Source of the DNA: Moniliella sp. 'wahieum' | Taxonomy: Eukaryota | DNA: 64,000 nucleotides | Reading direction: 5' to 3' | NCBI GenBank assembly: GCA_003971905.1 | Contig: RSEE01000019.1 | Span: forward strand, 310,001-374,000 | Part shown: positions 1-14,602 of the stretch, piece by piece | Layout of the letters: each line of letters begins with the position of its first letter | Numbering within the stretch: the stretch's first letter is position 1 | Position numbers and translations under genes: made by a program | Notes under the pieces: model-generated | The model's input: only the letters and a program-made list of their open reading frames with translations | What the model was told of the DNA's origin: nothing | Database searches by the model: none

Positions 1-451
<451 letters not shown>

Positions 452-1258
452 ACTCGCCTAGCCACTTTGTTCCCATGTGTACTCTATAATGTGATGCGCG
501 TTATCACATGTGCACTGCATGTCATCCCTCTGGCCTCTCTATGTTTGTACAGCGCAATACAGTCCATAGCTGGGAAGAACCCAGTACATAGCCCTCTCTT
601 CCTTTTCCTTTTTGCGGGTGTGTGGGCCCCCAGAGGTAAAGAAAGATGTGCCCGTCGATCTTTGCGAAGAGGATGGCTGGGTAACTGTTCTAGGCCTTTG
701 CAAAACGCAAGCAGGCACGTCAAGCTCAAGCCAGTACCTGGGACACATTCCAGATCGTTCTTCCCTGACTATGGCGATACTCGGGGTATCTAAACGACGC
801 CCTATAAAATAGTTGAACACACCGGAAATGCTACCAGCGAAGAGCCTCTCATTGTGGAGATGGTTGTCGCTCATATACCGCCACGCTCTTTCGCATCGAG
901 TCGCGTTACATTCGATGCAGAAACGAATGATGGTAGCCTTTGCCTCCTGATTGGGTGGGCGCTAAGCTGAACTCAAAGAAGAGGGAGTTTGAGGGGCCTC
1001 CCTTAGGGGCCCGATGATGGACGCATCACTTTTCGCAAGTCGGCCACAACACTTGCAATGACAACGTAATCATTTTTGAACTGGCCCAAGGCGTCCACCG
1101 ATGTCCACCTGACAGGGCGGAATGGACGGTGACCATTCCGCTGCGGGCCTTGGGGTGTTCAACGTTCAACGTTTCACGTTCAACTACGAAAGTCGTCGAT
1201 GCCTTTCGTCGTCCATTCGGCCTTCCAGCCTGCCCATCACCATCGCCATCTCTTGTCC

Positions 1259-3521
1259 ATGGCGTCCACCCTGTCACTGCCGCCGCCCCAACATGGCGCA
1301 CCGGATGATGCCGACGGGGCGCCGCCGCTCCTCCTCCCGCAACTGCTGCGCAACGCTTTGCCGCTGGCCAGCTCATCCTCCCGCCTCCCAGCATGCGCAC
1401 TCTGATCGACAAGACTGCCCACTACATCGCCCGCAATGGTCCTGGCTTCGAGGAATCCCTGCGAAAATCTGATGCCGAAAAAAAGGAGAATCGCCTCCCA
1501 TTTCTTCTCCCAACTGACCCATACCATGCGTATTTTTCCCGCACACTTGACCGTATTCGCCGCGGCGAGCCTCTCGATCCAGTCGGCATTCCTGGCGCGC
1601 CTGAGGGGCAGGCCTTGCAAGACCCTCCGCTCTTCAGCAACAGCAGCAGACGGAGGACGAGGATTCCGAGGTTCCTCCTCCTCCTTCCTCTCTTACGTCT
1701 GACATCCCGACCACCACAGCGCTCGACTTGTTAGTATCAGCTTCCTGTCCCTCGGGTCCCCACACATTAAGCGTTCCCAATTGCTGACCACTGTTTGGAT
1801 TGGAAACAGAGATGTGATCAAGCTTACTGCGCTTTTTACTGCGACGCGTGGACGCGAATTTGCAACTCATCTGCTCCAAACGGAGAACCAATCATACCAG
1901 TACGAATTTCTGCGCCCCTCCCACTCGCTCCACCCGTTCTACAATCGCTTGGTGGAACAGTACCAGCTCGTCATCGACGCGCCTAGTGCTATCCAAGTCT
2001 CTGCGCGATGTGCCCCCAGGTGCGCCCGAGGACACGCCTGTGGATGCCCGTCAAGGACCCGGCGCTGGTGGACAGCGCTCTCTTCTCGCCCAAGTCCGCG
2101 CTCGCACTGCATGGGAGCTCAAGACGAGGGAGCGAGCTCGAAAGGAACAGGACGAGGCCGCGCTGGAGCGTGAGGAGTTTGAAGTGGTGGACTGGCAAGA
2201 CTTTGTGGTTGTCCAGACTGTTCGGCTTTTCAGCGGAACCGAGGAGGACGAGGAACTTCCCCCTCCGTTGAGCAAGCGCGATCTGGAAAACATGACTCTG
2301 GCCCAGAAGAAGTTGGCCGCCATGGTGGGCGAAGAAGCTGCGGAGGAGCCGGGCACCGCGGTCGGCCGCGAGAAAGAGGATGAGGCGATGGAGATGAGCG
2401 AGGAGGAGGAGGAGGAGGGAGCCGTCGCCGAAAAGTCGCCCGGCTCCCGCACCATCTGGTCCTCCTCCCCCAGATCCTACGGCTCCTGTCGCCGATTCTG
2501 CCAAGGGACGCACCCAGGTTGTCAAGACAGCTTTCTCAGGCCCCATCCGTGTTCGGAAAGATTATGTCCCTGGCACCAAGCAACCCAAGGTGGAGCAGGA
2601 CACGATTTGTCCTGTTTGTGGGCAACGCGTTCCCCTTGACGAAATGGCGGAGCACGTTCGGATCGAATTGCTTAACCCTCTCTACCGTGAGCAGCGTGCA
2701 TCGCTTGAAGCGCGCCAGGCGCAGCACCAGACACTCCAGTCGGGCGCTGATCCTGTGGCTGCGCTCAAGGATTTTGCCGGGCAGCGCACCGACATCTTTG
2801 GTGGAGATGCCGACCCAGAGGCTGAGCTGAGGAGGCAAGAAGCGGCTGCCCAGCGTGAGCGCGAGGCGCGAGACCGCGAAGCCTTGGCATACGATGGCCA
2901 TTTGGGAAGCAAGACGGTGATTATGGAACGAGCCAAGCAAGCGGCGAAAGTGGAGGAGTCCCGCCGGACTGCGGCGGTGCCTTCGGCACCAGCCGAGATT
3001 GGTCCTCGGATTGGTCTGCCTGCCCGCCCCGCAATGGGGTTGCCCCCAGACCTGCCGACCTGCCTCCCAAGCCTCTCGACCTTCCACTTCCAGGAGCCAG
3101 TCTGCCTCCGGCACCTGTGCTCGGCAAGCACCCTGCCGACGGCCCAGCTCTGAATGAGCCCCCGGCCCAACGCCCTGTACCTGCTGCCCCCAACCTGCCC
3201 CCTGGTACGTTGGTTGCAGAGGACATGTGGACTCAGATGCATCCAGAAGCAGTGACAATTACCGTTCGGATGCCTGTCGCCCCGGCCGAACATGAAGGGG
3301 TGCCGGCTTGCGATGGGCGCACGATTGCGTTGGACCCTCTGCCGCCCCTGGCGACCATGTCGCAGGTCCGGCAAGTGCTGTATCAGTCTGTCCTGCATGA
3401 GGCGATTGGTATTGCCCGCATCCGTCTGTTTGTCCGTGGAAAGCCCACTACGCTCAAACAGACCTTGGCCCATTGGAACTTGACGGATGCGGACGAAGTG
3501 GCGGTTGTGATCAAATGGTGA
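1259..3521 (+). CDS. PRP21: Splicing factor 3A subunit 1 (U2 snRNP); several frameshifts, probable intron ~1730-1809
   Basis: Two SURP modules (LIDKTAHYIARNGPGFE...FLLPTDPYHAYF; DVIKLTALFTATRGREF...YEFLRPSHSLHPFYNRLVEQY), the PRP21 motif VDWQDFVVVQTV, CPVCGQRVPLDEMAEHVRIELL, and a C-terminal ubiquitin-like domain ending VAVVIKW*. Confidence 0.9.
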
Positions 3522-5540
3522 GATGGGGCGTAAGGCCTTATATTCAGGACCGGTTTACCGGGCACCCTCCTTGCCCTCGAGACCCGTTCGTGGTCTCAGC
3601 ATTCCCCGAGGGTTGATGTTACTCACACGCATGTACGGATCGGTCTTCCCGAGAGGCTCCAAAATACGTTGAGAATAACACATGCTTCGATCTAGTCCCC
3701 AAACATCGTCATCCGACATTCATCTCGCTCACTACTAGTCCGAACAGCCAGCAGAGCCTCTCCAGTCCCTGCTACGTGTCACGTAATTATCCTTTCAGGC
3801 TCCAAGCAGCCCCAAACCCAAGTGGACAGGAAAGTGGCATACGATAGGCAGATGCTATGGAAACGAAAGCTGCAGGGGCATGGACTGGTTTAGGGAATTA
3901 GTCTACATGAAGCGAGTATTAGTATTGGAGCGGCGCCCGTACTACTACTTTTGGCGTTTGCTCAGTGCGAGCGCCTCGTCATGTATGTGTGGCGCTGTCC
4001 TGTATTCAACAGTGCTCCGCTCCCTGATGCGGGGAACTAACCCCGTGTGGATACCAACTAAGGTGGCTGGCAGCTTCGGCCCATCAAAACCAAGATCGGT
4101 ACCTCATGCTGGACAATGAAGCTTGAAGAGTACATTGCGGCTTATCGCCGTAGGAGGCGCATGCCTCTCCGTGTCCCAAGCTGCAGTAACGAACCGCACC
4201 CGGTTTGGGAGGTTGTGACGCGTTGACGCCGCGTAGGAGGGGAGATATTTCCTCACTCGCTGTCCTGATGGCATCCTTGCAGAGGACTGTAGTTTTGCAG
4301 GCTACAAAAAAGCCTACGCGCTATAGGACTACTATATTAGTCAACCCTCACAGTTCAACGGGGGGGGGGGGGTTAGTTGTGAGGTTGCGCGCATTTCTTG
4401 CCGCTCCCGTGTTTCTGGAGTGGCGTGGAGGAAAAAGAGATGATCATTGATTGCACCCTAGGGGTGATCACCTGGGGTACACCCAACACACAGGAGCAGA
4501 GTGGGGGAAACCTTGGCACAAGTGATCGGGTGTTTCTTAGGGGGCCTCTTGCCGACAGGCACAATCACAGCATGCAAGAAGGGTGCGGTGACGAGGAGCT
4601 TGGCCAGCTATCGGCTATGCGAGACAATGCATCCTGTCTTAGCACATGCATCACCGAACAGTGTCGCGTAGCCACAATGCATACCTCCCAACGCAGCCAG
4701 CCCCCGTTCGATGCGCCGTGCAGGGTGGGTGGCAGGCGTTGGAGGGATTTTGTTTCGGACGAGGGCATGCGTTCAATTGGTCGCGGGACCAGGCGCTACC
4801 GCCTGTGGCCGTATGAGTTTCTTCCAGCCAGTCGAGGCGGAGAGGCAGCGGTGTGGCGGCGGAGGGCGCAGGGGAGGAGGAGGGCCAGCATGCAAACCGT
4901 AACCAGCGGGCGAGCACAGAGCCCATGCGGACGAGACCCAACACGGGCGGGTCCGGAGAGGAGCGGAGGGCGGCGGCTGGGTAAAGCGCTCAGCGGCTCA
5001 AACTTTGGGGTGGGCGGGAGGGTGCGCAGCCACACAGCACAGCCGGGCGGAATGGCGCGGCGGAAGCGGAAGGCGGGCGGGCGGCGGCCGTGGCTGGGAC
5101 GCAGGCGAGCAGGCGGGCACAACTAAATGATGCCGCTGGGAGGCGCAACCTAGCCTCCGGTGAGGCCCAAGCCAGCCTGAGTTTTCGGTTGGGCTCCGCC
5201 GTTCGTGGCAGCAGCTGCGACATGCAACTTTCAAACGCGGCCCTGTTGGGAGTGCTGCACGGGGCATCGGGGCGCAGCGGGTGGCCCGCAGCACGCGGGC
5301 AGTGTGTGGCGCGCCGCCAGACGCATTGGGGCCGTGGGTGCATGCGTTTGGTTTGTATTGGGGCCAGCCGCCCCCTCCGTCGCTTGGCCCGCCCTCGCCA
5401 CGCCGGGCTCCCAACCTCGGCTGCTCGCCTCTGGCCCATCCACGCTGTATAACCCCCACTCGGCCTGCGATGCGCTGCTCCTGCTCCTGCCACCACCACC
5501 ACCGCCCCCTCCTCCCCCCCCTCTCGCCCATCCACTCCCC

Positions 5541-8500
5541 ATGGCCGCCACATCCCGGTCCGACGGCAGCTACGTCCACCTCGATCACCTCTACGACTTC
5601 GACCTGCCCACCACGTCCTCCCCCGTCCCCGCCTCCATGACAACCGCCACCCGCCCCTGGTCCTCCATGCCGCGGCGGCCACCGCCGCTGCCGAGCCAAG
5701 CGCCACGGTTGCCATTCCCGTGCCTGTCGCCCCCTACGAGATTTGGATGGTGGCCCAGGCTCCAACGAGCAGTTTGCGCGTCTGCCCCCGTCCGTCGTGC
5801 TGCCCGAGGGCACCGACGCGCACGATGCTCAGGTCGTGCTCTGCGCCAACTTCCTCCGCTTCCTCGCCGACACCATCCACGCCCAGCGCGGCGCCCAAGC
5901 CGCTGATGTGCCTTCCGAGGTCAAGGTCCTGCAGCATGCTTGGTTTGCCTTCAACACTACCTTCCTGCACCTCGCCCCCACGGGCCAACCGGGAATGCAA
6001 TCGGTCGACGTGCACCACCTCACCGCTTCCCTCGACGTCGATGCCCGGACTGCCGTACTGCGCGCCTACCTCGACGCCTATGTCCTCCTTGATGCATTCA
6101 AGAACAAGGACCCGGCTCTGCGCGATATGCAGCTCCGACACCGCTTCTCTTGCGCCTGGCTCAGCAGGACAAGGCCAAGGTTTTTGGCGTCTTTGGTGGC
6201 CAAGGCACCAACGAGGTACGTCGGCTTTAAATAACTGCCCTGCCTCTCTTACTAACGTTATACCCCCCCCCCCCCCCACTTTTCCAGATCTACTTTGCCG
6301 AGCTTCAAGCCCTCTTCAACACGTACCGGCCACTCGTCGAGCCCGTGGTGCGCGATGCCTCTGCCCTGCTTGAGACACTCGTGGATGAGGCGCGTCAACA
6401 AGGCTTTGCGAACTTTTACTCCCAAGGCCTCGATGTTGCTGGGTGGTTGATGGGCACCACACCCCAACCCGACAATGCCTACTTTGTCCCTGCGCCCGTG
6501 TCGTTGCCGTTGATTGGTATGACCCAGCTGCTCCAGTACCTCTTGTGTGCCGTTGCTCGGGATTGAGCCCGGATGAGTTCCGTCGGACTTTCGTGGACAC
6601 TACCGGCCACTCGCAAGGTATCATCTCGGCCGTCGTTCTGTCTTCGTCCGATACGCCTGCTGCGCTTCACTCCAACATTGTGGCCGCCATCCGCTTGTTG
6701 TTCCACATTGGCAAGCGTGGCCAAGCGGCCTTCCCCTCGACCACGCTGGAGCCCAAGTTGGCCGACGACTCGGTTGCTGGCGGTGAGGGTGAGCCCACAC
6801 CCATGTTGTCAGTATCCGGCCTGAGGCGTGAGCAACTGGAAAAACACATTGAAATCACGAACTCGTTCTTGGAGGCCGACCGTCACGTGGCCATCTCTCT
6901 TTACAATGGCAAGCGCAACTTCACGGTCACGGGTTTCCCGCGCTCGCTCTTTGGTCTCGTTTCGTCTCTTCGCGAGATCCGTGCCCCAGAGGGTGCTGAC
7001 CAGACGAAGGTGCCATTCAGCCAGCGCAAGCCTGTCTTTAATGTTCGCTTCTTGCCCATATCAGTCCCCTACCACTCGGGTTACCTTACTGGTGTGACGG
7101 ACACATTGATCGGCGTTGATTACGCCCCCAATGAAGCTCCGTTTGAGCCTTCCAAGCTGGCGGTACGTGTAAGCAACACGACGACGGTTCGGATCTCCGT
7201 TCGCTCAAGGATGGGAGAGCCTTGCTTCGCTCCCTCTGCGATCAGATCTTCACCCAGCCTATCCACTGGGAGACGATTGTGCCCCCCGCTCCTGCGGTGA
7301 CGCACCTGATCGACTTCGGCACGGGCGGCATGTCGGGCATTGGCGTGCTTACAAGTCGCAACCTGGAGGGCAAGGGCGTCTATTCGCTCTTCCCCTCGGG
7401 ACGTCATGCCAAAGCGAGTGAACTGTACAATTTGACTCGGTGGGGCGGGAGGTTCGGTGGGCCCAGGCGTTTGCGCTCGGTTGGTCCGTACGCGTGAAGG
7501 CAAGTTGTTGTTGTGGACACGCCGATGTCTCGGTGCTGGGCAAGCCGCCACTGATGGTGCCGGGCATGACGCCCACCACGGTTCAAGCTGGTTTCAACAT
7601 TGCGACCATGAACGCCGGTTACCACATTGAGCTCGCCGGTGGTGGACACTTTACGCCCGCAGATGCTCCGTGAAAAGTGGAGGCCATCTCTCGGCCACCC
7701 GTGCTGGCGAAGGGCTGACGCTCAACTGTCTGTACATTAACCAGCGTCTGTGGAACGTCCAGTTCCCCTCTGGCAAGAGATGCGTCGTGAGGGCCTGCCT
7801 CTCCAAGGCTTCTGTGTCGCTGCCGGTATTCCAAGCCCCGAGAAGGCCAAAGAGATCATCGACTCGCTTCGTGCAAGTGGGATTGAGCATATCAGCTTCA
7901 AGCCTGGCTCGGTCGATGGCATCAAGCAAGTGTGCACTATTGCGGCAAAGAACCCGGACTTCTCGATTCTGCTCCAGTGGACTGGTGGTCGTGCTGGTGG
8001 TCACCACAGCTGTGAAGACTTCCACCAACCCATCTTGGCAACCTACGGCCGCATTCGTCAGCACCCCAACCTTGTTTTGGTCGCCGGCTCTGGCTTTGGT
8101 TCTGCCGAGATTTCTGGCCCTACCTCACAGGCGATGGTCGCGCGATCAGTTTGATGCCGAGCCCATGCCGTTCGATGGTGTCCTCTTTGGCTCCTGGGTC
8201 ATGACCGCAAAGGAAGGCCACGCCAACAACGAGATCAAGCAGCTGGTTGAGGCCAAGGGTGTCGAGGACAAGGAGTGGGAGGGCACCTTTACGCACCCCA
8301 CTGGTGGAATTGTGACTGTCACTTCGGAGCTGGGTGAGCCCATTCACAAGATTGCGACGCGTGGCATGAAGCTCTGGGCTGAGTTGGACAAGAAGTGCTT
8401 CACCCTGCCCAAGGAAAAGCGTCTGGCCTGGCTTGCCAAGAACAAGAACTGGGTTATTGAGCACCTCAATGCTGATTTCCAGAAACCCTGGTTCCCTGCT

Positions 8501-11500
8501 TATCTTGATGGAGAGCCAGCCCAAGGGGTGGAGGACATGACCTACGAGGAGACGATCCGTCGCGCTCTTCGCCTTCTCTACATTCAGGCCAAGCAGCGCT
8601 GGGTGGATGTGTCCTTGCGCAATTTCTTTGGCGATTGGCTGCGGCGAGTGGAGGAGCGTTTTGCCCACACACGGGCCAGCAAGCCTCTCTCCTGCAGTCC
8701 TACAGCCAATTGGACAAGGACCCAGCTGCGTTTGTCGACAAGTTTATCGGGGTCTTCCCTGAGACGACCGACATGCTCCTTTCGGCTGAAGATGTTGCGT
8801 ACTTTATTGTGCTGTGCAATCGCCCGACGCAGAAGCCCGTGCCCTTCATCCCCCTGTTGGACGCCAACTTTGCAGTGTACTTCAAGAAGGACTCGCTTTC
8901 GTACTCGGAGGACCTTGACTCGGTCTTTGACCGTGACCCTCAGCGGGTTGCCATTTTGCACGGCCCTGTCGCTGCTCGTCACAACACTCGTGCCAACGTC
9001 CCTATCAAGGAGATGCTTGGTGGTGTAGAGGACAAGCTTGTGGAGCTCATGCTTCAGCGCTTCTATGGCAACGACAAGAACAGTGTTCCCCAGGTGGATT
9101 ATCTGGCAAAGCACCCCTGGGTATTGATCTTGCGGAGCTTGCGGCGGCCCACAATGTGCGCGTTGACCAGGCGGAGAACAGGGTGGAACTTGGGTTGCCG
9201 TCCGATGTCAAGCAACTGCCTGAGCCGTCGCAGTGGTTGGATGCGTTGGCCGGGCAAGAGGCTTCTTGGCTGCGTGCTCTGCTCACCTCGGTCAGCTTGG
9301 TCCGTGGGCGGGGTACATTGACAACCCGCTTAAAACGCCTGCTCGCTCCCGGGCCAACCAGGTGGTGCAGCTTGCCCACGGTGCTGAAGGCCCTGAACGC
9401 CTGACTCTCTTGGGTGCCTACCGTTCCTACGGTCCGTCAGACAAGCACACCCCCATTGTCGACATCACCTTTGCGCCGGCCACCAAGGCCATCACTGTCG
9501 TTATCAACGAGCTTCGTCGCGGCGAGCTTGTGCCGCTTACGATGGAGTTTGTCTACCACCCGGAGCAACCGGGTGCTTTGATTCATGAGCGCCTCGAAGG
9601 GCGTGAGCGTCGTATCAAGAGTTCTACTGGAAGTACGTATATATTATTCATTCCGAAGCCGTTCTTATCTTGATCATCTGCTGACTTACCATTTCTCAAG
9701 GCTCTGGTTCAACGAAAATGCCCTCCTCGTCGGCTCTCGCTAGCAAGGAGGTGTTCTCCAATGAGCCCAAGACGCTCAATGGCGAGTCCATCCAAAAGTT
9801 CTGCCAGGTCGTGGGCAACAACAATGTTGTCTACCAGGTGGGTGGGCAAGCGCCTATGGACTTTGCCATTGTTGCTGGCTGGGAGGCCATCATGCAAGCC
9901 TTGACGGCGAAGATCGACGGTGACTTGCTTAACCTCGTGCATCTTAGCAACAGCTTCGAGATGGTTCCTGGCGCCTCTGGCCTCCGCGTGGGAGACAAGT
10001 GCAAGGCTGAGGCTCGGGTGCTGAGTGTCAGATCTCCGCCACTGGCAAGTCGGTTTCAATTCAAGGCAAGGTCCTGCGACAGGAGGCGAGGAGTGGAAGC
10101 CCGTTATTACGGTCGTATCTTCTTCTTCTACCGTGGCAAGTTCAGCGACTATGGCTCCTGCTTCGAACATCAGCGTGACCGCTATTCGTTTGAGATCAAG
10201 TCCAAGGCTGAGGCTGCTGTTCTGATGGCCAAGGAATGGTTCTCCTGGACCGCCCCCTCACCCCTCGAGTCGGGCACGGTGCTGTATTTCGATGTGGACA
10301 ACACTATGCGCTATCAAAACGCTACGACCTTGCTGATGTGCAGGCTCAGGGGGTGTCTATATCAAGGACTACAAGACGACCTTATCCAGGTGGGTGTGGT
10401 GGAATACGAAGCCGACTCGATCAGCTACGGCAACCCGTTTCTGAGTACATCAAGCGCGCGGTGGCAGCTCTCAGATGCCGCTGCGCCTCGACCATGGCTA
10501 CACCTTGAGGGCGAACGGACCTGAGCAAGTTTACTGCTCCGGCGACCAACGAGCCCTATTCCCTGGCGTCGGGTGACTTCAACCCCATCCACATCAACCC
10601 CTACTTGCCGACCTGGCTTCGCTCCCTGGTACCATTACCCACGGTCTCTTTTCGTCGGCGGCCACGCGCCGATTTGTGGAGGATATGGCGGGCGAGGGCC
10701 ATCCGATCGTGTCCTCTTTCAAGGCCCAGTTTGTTGGCATGGTCCTCCCCGGGGACGAGTTGACGGTTACTTTGCGCCACATCGCTATGCACGGCGGCAA
10801 TAAGGTCATTTCTGTCCAGACCGTCAACCAAGCGGGCGAGAAGGGCTCGAGGGCGAGGCTGAGGTGCCAGCCACCACGGCCTACGCATTACTGGGCAAGG
10901 CTCGCAAGAACAGGGGAGGGGATGGACTTGTACTCATCTTCGGACACGGCCAAGGCGCTCTGGGATGAAGCCGATCAGCACCTGAAGGCCACCATGGGCT
11001 TTAGCATCCTCGAAATTGTGAAGGACAACCCCATGAGCAAGACGGTGCACTTTGGCGGGTGTGCGCGGCATGCGATTCGCGACCGTACAGCAGCATGATG
11101 TACGAGTCGACGGATACTGAAGGCAAACCGGTCACCCTCCCGCTTTCCCTGAGATTACGCTGCGCTCGCAGAGCTACACCTTCCAATCGCCCAAGGGGCT
11201 TCTCTACGCCACTCAATTCGCGCAGATTGCGTTGGTGCTCGTGGAGCTGTCGCCTACCGCGATATGAAGGACCGTGGCCTGATCCGTCCGACTCGGCATT
11301 TGCCGGCCACTCGCTGGGCGAGTACGCTTCCCTGGCCGCTGTGGCCTCGGTGCTGCAAGTTAAGGACTTGGTCGATGTGGTCTTCTACCGTGGCCTGACC
11401 ATGCAGCGTGCCGTCAAGCGTGACGCCGAGGGTCGCAGCTCGTATGGTATGATGGCCTGCAACCCGACTCGTGTTGGCCCCTCCTTCTCGGACGCGGCCT

Positions 11501-13330
11501 TTGCCGAGGTGGTGGACTCGATCGGGCGCGTGTCGGGCAAGTTGATCCAAACTGTCAACTTCAACGTCTCGAGCCAGCAGCTGGTCGTTGCTGGTGAGCT
11601 GGTTGCACTTCTGACGATGACCAACGTGCTCAACTACATCAAGCTGCAGAAGATTGATCTCAACCGCTTGCTGGAGACGATGAGCCCCGAAGAGGTGCGA
11701 GAGAAGCTGGAGGAGATTGTCTCGATGGTGTTTGCTGAAGCGGAAAAGGAAGCTGCCAAGGCCCTCTCCAACTTCAACGCGGTTCGCCACCATCCCTCTG
11801 CCCGGTATTGATGTGCCCTTCCACTCGCGCTACCTTATGCCGGGTGTGGCCCCTTCCGTGCCTACCTCTCCAAGCGGATCAACGTGGATGCCATTCGTCC
11901 TAACCTGCTGGTGGGCAAGTACATTCCCAACTTGATTGCCCAGCCGTTTGAGCTTTCCAAGGCGTATGCGGAGACGATTGTCAACCAGACGGGCTCGGGT
12001 CGCTTGGCCAAGGTGGTCAAGGAGTGGGAGAAGGAGGGCTGGGCATCGCCGGAGAAGCAGCAGCGGCTGACAACGTTGTTGGTTGTTGAGCTCTTGGCTT
12101 ACCAGTTTGCTTCGCCGGTGCAGTGGATCAAAACGCAGGAGCTGCTGTTTGGCAAGCCCTTCCAGATGGAGCGCTTTATCGAGTTTGGCCCCAGCCCCAC
12201 CCTGAGGCATGGCGGTGCGAACCCACAAGGCATTCTACAAGGCGTCGGACGAGGCCCGTGGACTGCGCCGTGAGCTGCTTTGCTCTTCTAAGGACAAGGA
12301 AGCGCTCTACTATGCCTTCACCGACCCCGAGGCGGACGAGGCGCCGGTGCAACAGAGGAGGCGGCCCCTGCGCCCGTGGCTGCTGCACCTGTGGCTGTGG
12401 CCGCTCCCGTCGCCGCCGCGCCCGCTGCTGGTCCTACTCAGGAGGTGCCGACGAGCCGGTCAAGGCAATCGAGACGCTCATGTCCATCCTGGCTCAGAAA
12501 CTGAAGAAGCCGCTCGACTCGATTCCCAAGGACAAGGCCATCAAGGAAATGGTCGGAGGCAAGTCGACGATGCAAAATGAGATTGTGTCGAGCCTGATCG
12601 AAGAGTTTGGCATGGTCCCCGACCGTGGAGAAGAACTGCCGGTGGAAGAGCTGGGCGCCGCGCTTCAGATTGGGTACAAGGGGACTCTGGGCAAGTACAC
12701 CTCGGGCCTCGTGTCGCGGTTTGTGGCGTCCAAGATGCCTGGTGGCTTCAACCTGTCGGCCGTCAAAGCGCACCTGTCCAATCGTGGGGGTTGGGTGCCG
12801 GACGGAGCGAGTCGGTGCTGCTAGCGGCTGTGGCTGACGAGCCGGCCAAGCGGTTGGGGTCTGAGGGCGAGGCCAAGGCCTGGCTCGACTCGGTTGTCCA
12901 GGGCTACGGAAGGCGGTCGGGTGTCTCCTTGAGCCAGGGCGGCGGTGCGCGGGCGGTGGTGCTGCGACGGGCGGGGCGGCAATCTCGTCGGAGGAGCTGG
13001 ACAAGCTGCGCGATGCAGAGCACCAACATGCTCGGCGGCAGATTCAGCTGCTGCAGCGCTACCTGGGTGTGGACGCGCGGGCCGAGGGTCGCGCTACGGA
13101 TGCGGTTCGCTCGGAACTGGCGCAGGCCCAGGCTGAGCTGGATGCGATTGCGGCCGAGCATGGCGAGCTGTACACGAACGGCATCCGCCCAAGTTTGATG
13201 CGCGCAAGGTGCGCACCTACTCTTCTTCGTGGAACTGGAGCCGGCAGCAGGCGCTCCTGCTTTACTATGACATTCTCAAGGCCGTCTGGGGCTGGAGAAT
13301 GGGCGGCTGACGTCGCTGGAGCACGAGTAA
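5541..13330 (+). CDS. FAS1: Fungal type I fatty acid synthase, beta-type chain AT-ER-DH-MPT-ACP (no KR/KS/PPT); introns 6216-6287 and 9633-9700; many frameshifts
   Basis: FGGQG and GHSQG (AT); GGRAGGHHS and [16 protein letters not shown] (ER); SGDFNPIH (DH); FAGHSLGEY and PGIDVPFHS (MPT); [21 protein letters not shown] site [11 protein letters not shown]; then [19 protein letters not shown] and a TAA at 13328-13330 after one frameshift correction. Confidence 0.93.
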
Positions 13331-13907
13331 GGCGGCTGCCCGTGGCAGCGATGATGGGTTTCGACGTGTGGTTAGGAATATCATGGCATGTGGTTCGGAC
13401 TGCTGGAGATGTTGCATAGAGGTGGATCTCAGGTAGGATGCGGCTCCGAGCCAAGGGAGGCAAAGGGAACAGGCAGTGAGCGACTGGGGAGGATGAGACC
13501 AGCTTCCAGTCAAACTGAATAACCCAAGTGGGAGGTGTAGTGTAGTGGGAGGTGTGCAGAGGACATATGAGTCTATGGCGTGGGGGCCCCATGGCCTCAC
13601 GCGGTGAATCGGTACCCTGCCCTGCGCATGCCGGCGCACGGTGGGTGAAACGTTGAAAACAAGCCAGTGCAGAAGGATTAGAAATGGCACACTGCCCCCC
13701 CGGCGGCCGCCCGTCGAGACGCACCCCTTCGCCGCAGAGGGGCAGCGCCTGTGTGGCCTGCTGCGTTCCCAGCACCGGCTGGGGAGCAGTGTCCAGCCCA
13801 GCGGCCGAGCCGGGTGGGGCCGGGCCAGGCGGCCGGACGGATAGCCGCTGCTTGCTTCTGCGTCGCGCTCCACCACCCCCCTCCCCACCCTTCTTGCCCC
13901 CTCCAGC

Positions 13908-14602
13908 ATGAACTCGATCCGCACCGTTGGTCTGTCGCACTCGATCCTGGCGCGCCGCGTGCTTGTTGGGGCTGGTGCTGGGGCGCGTGTGGCCGCCGTG
14001 CGCCCGCTCGCGCTGGCGCCCCTCCTGGCTCGCCCGCTCTCGACCCAGACGCCAGCCAAGAAGCCCATTGCGATCCAGGAGTTGTCCCCGGCCCAGGAGC
14101 TGCAGCAGCTCGATGGCCAGCGCAACCGCCGTCCCACTTCGCCTCATCTCGATATCTACCAGCCGCAGCTGACCTGGCTCATGTCGGGTCTGCACCGTGC
14201 CACGGGTGTGCGACTGTTGGCAGTACGTCCTGCTTTCCTCCTTCTGTTTGGCGGGCCTTGCTGTTCTCCTGTGCCTCTGCCTCCCCCCCCTCCCTACCCC
14301 CATGACTAACGTTACCGTTACTTCAGTTCTGTACGCCTACTCGATTGTCTATGGCTTTCGCCCTGTTTGGTGTGCAGGAATACGTTTCGCCGGAGGTGGT
14401 TGCGATTGCGGGCTCGCTGCCGTTCTGGTTCAAGACGCTTGTCAAGGCCCCGCTGGCTGCCGTGGTGAGCTTCCATGCGTTCAACGGTCTGCGCCACCTG
14501 CTGTGGGACACGGCCGTGCTGACCATCCCGGGCGTGTACAAGACCGGGTACGCGGTTCTCGGCGCGACGGCGCTGTCGACGATCGCTTTGCTTTTGGTGT
14601 AA
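13908..14602 (+). CDS. SDH3: Succinate dehydrogenase cytochrome b560 subunit; intron ~14223-14326, small frameshifts
   Basis: Arg/Ala-rich mitochondrial presequence, QRNRRPTSPHLDIYQPQLTWLMSGLHRATG, FHAFNGLRHLLWD, VYKTGYAVLG. Confidence 0.92.

Noticed and set aside
4398..5540. Long Arg/Gly/Pro-rich ORFs here and at 15658-16926, 32415-33770 and 43200-43840
   Set aside because: Stop-poor GC-rich promoter DNA or antisense shadows of real genes; no recognisable motifs.
1259..14602. PRP21, FAS1 and SDH3 as pseudogenes or programmed-frameshift genes
   Set aside because: Catalytic motifs are intact and the lesions are scattered single-base indels typical of sequencing error.
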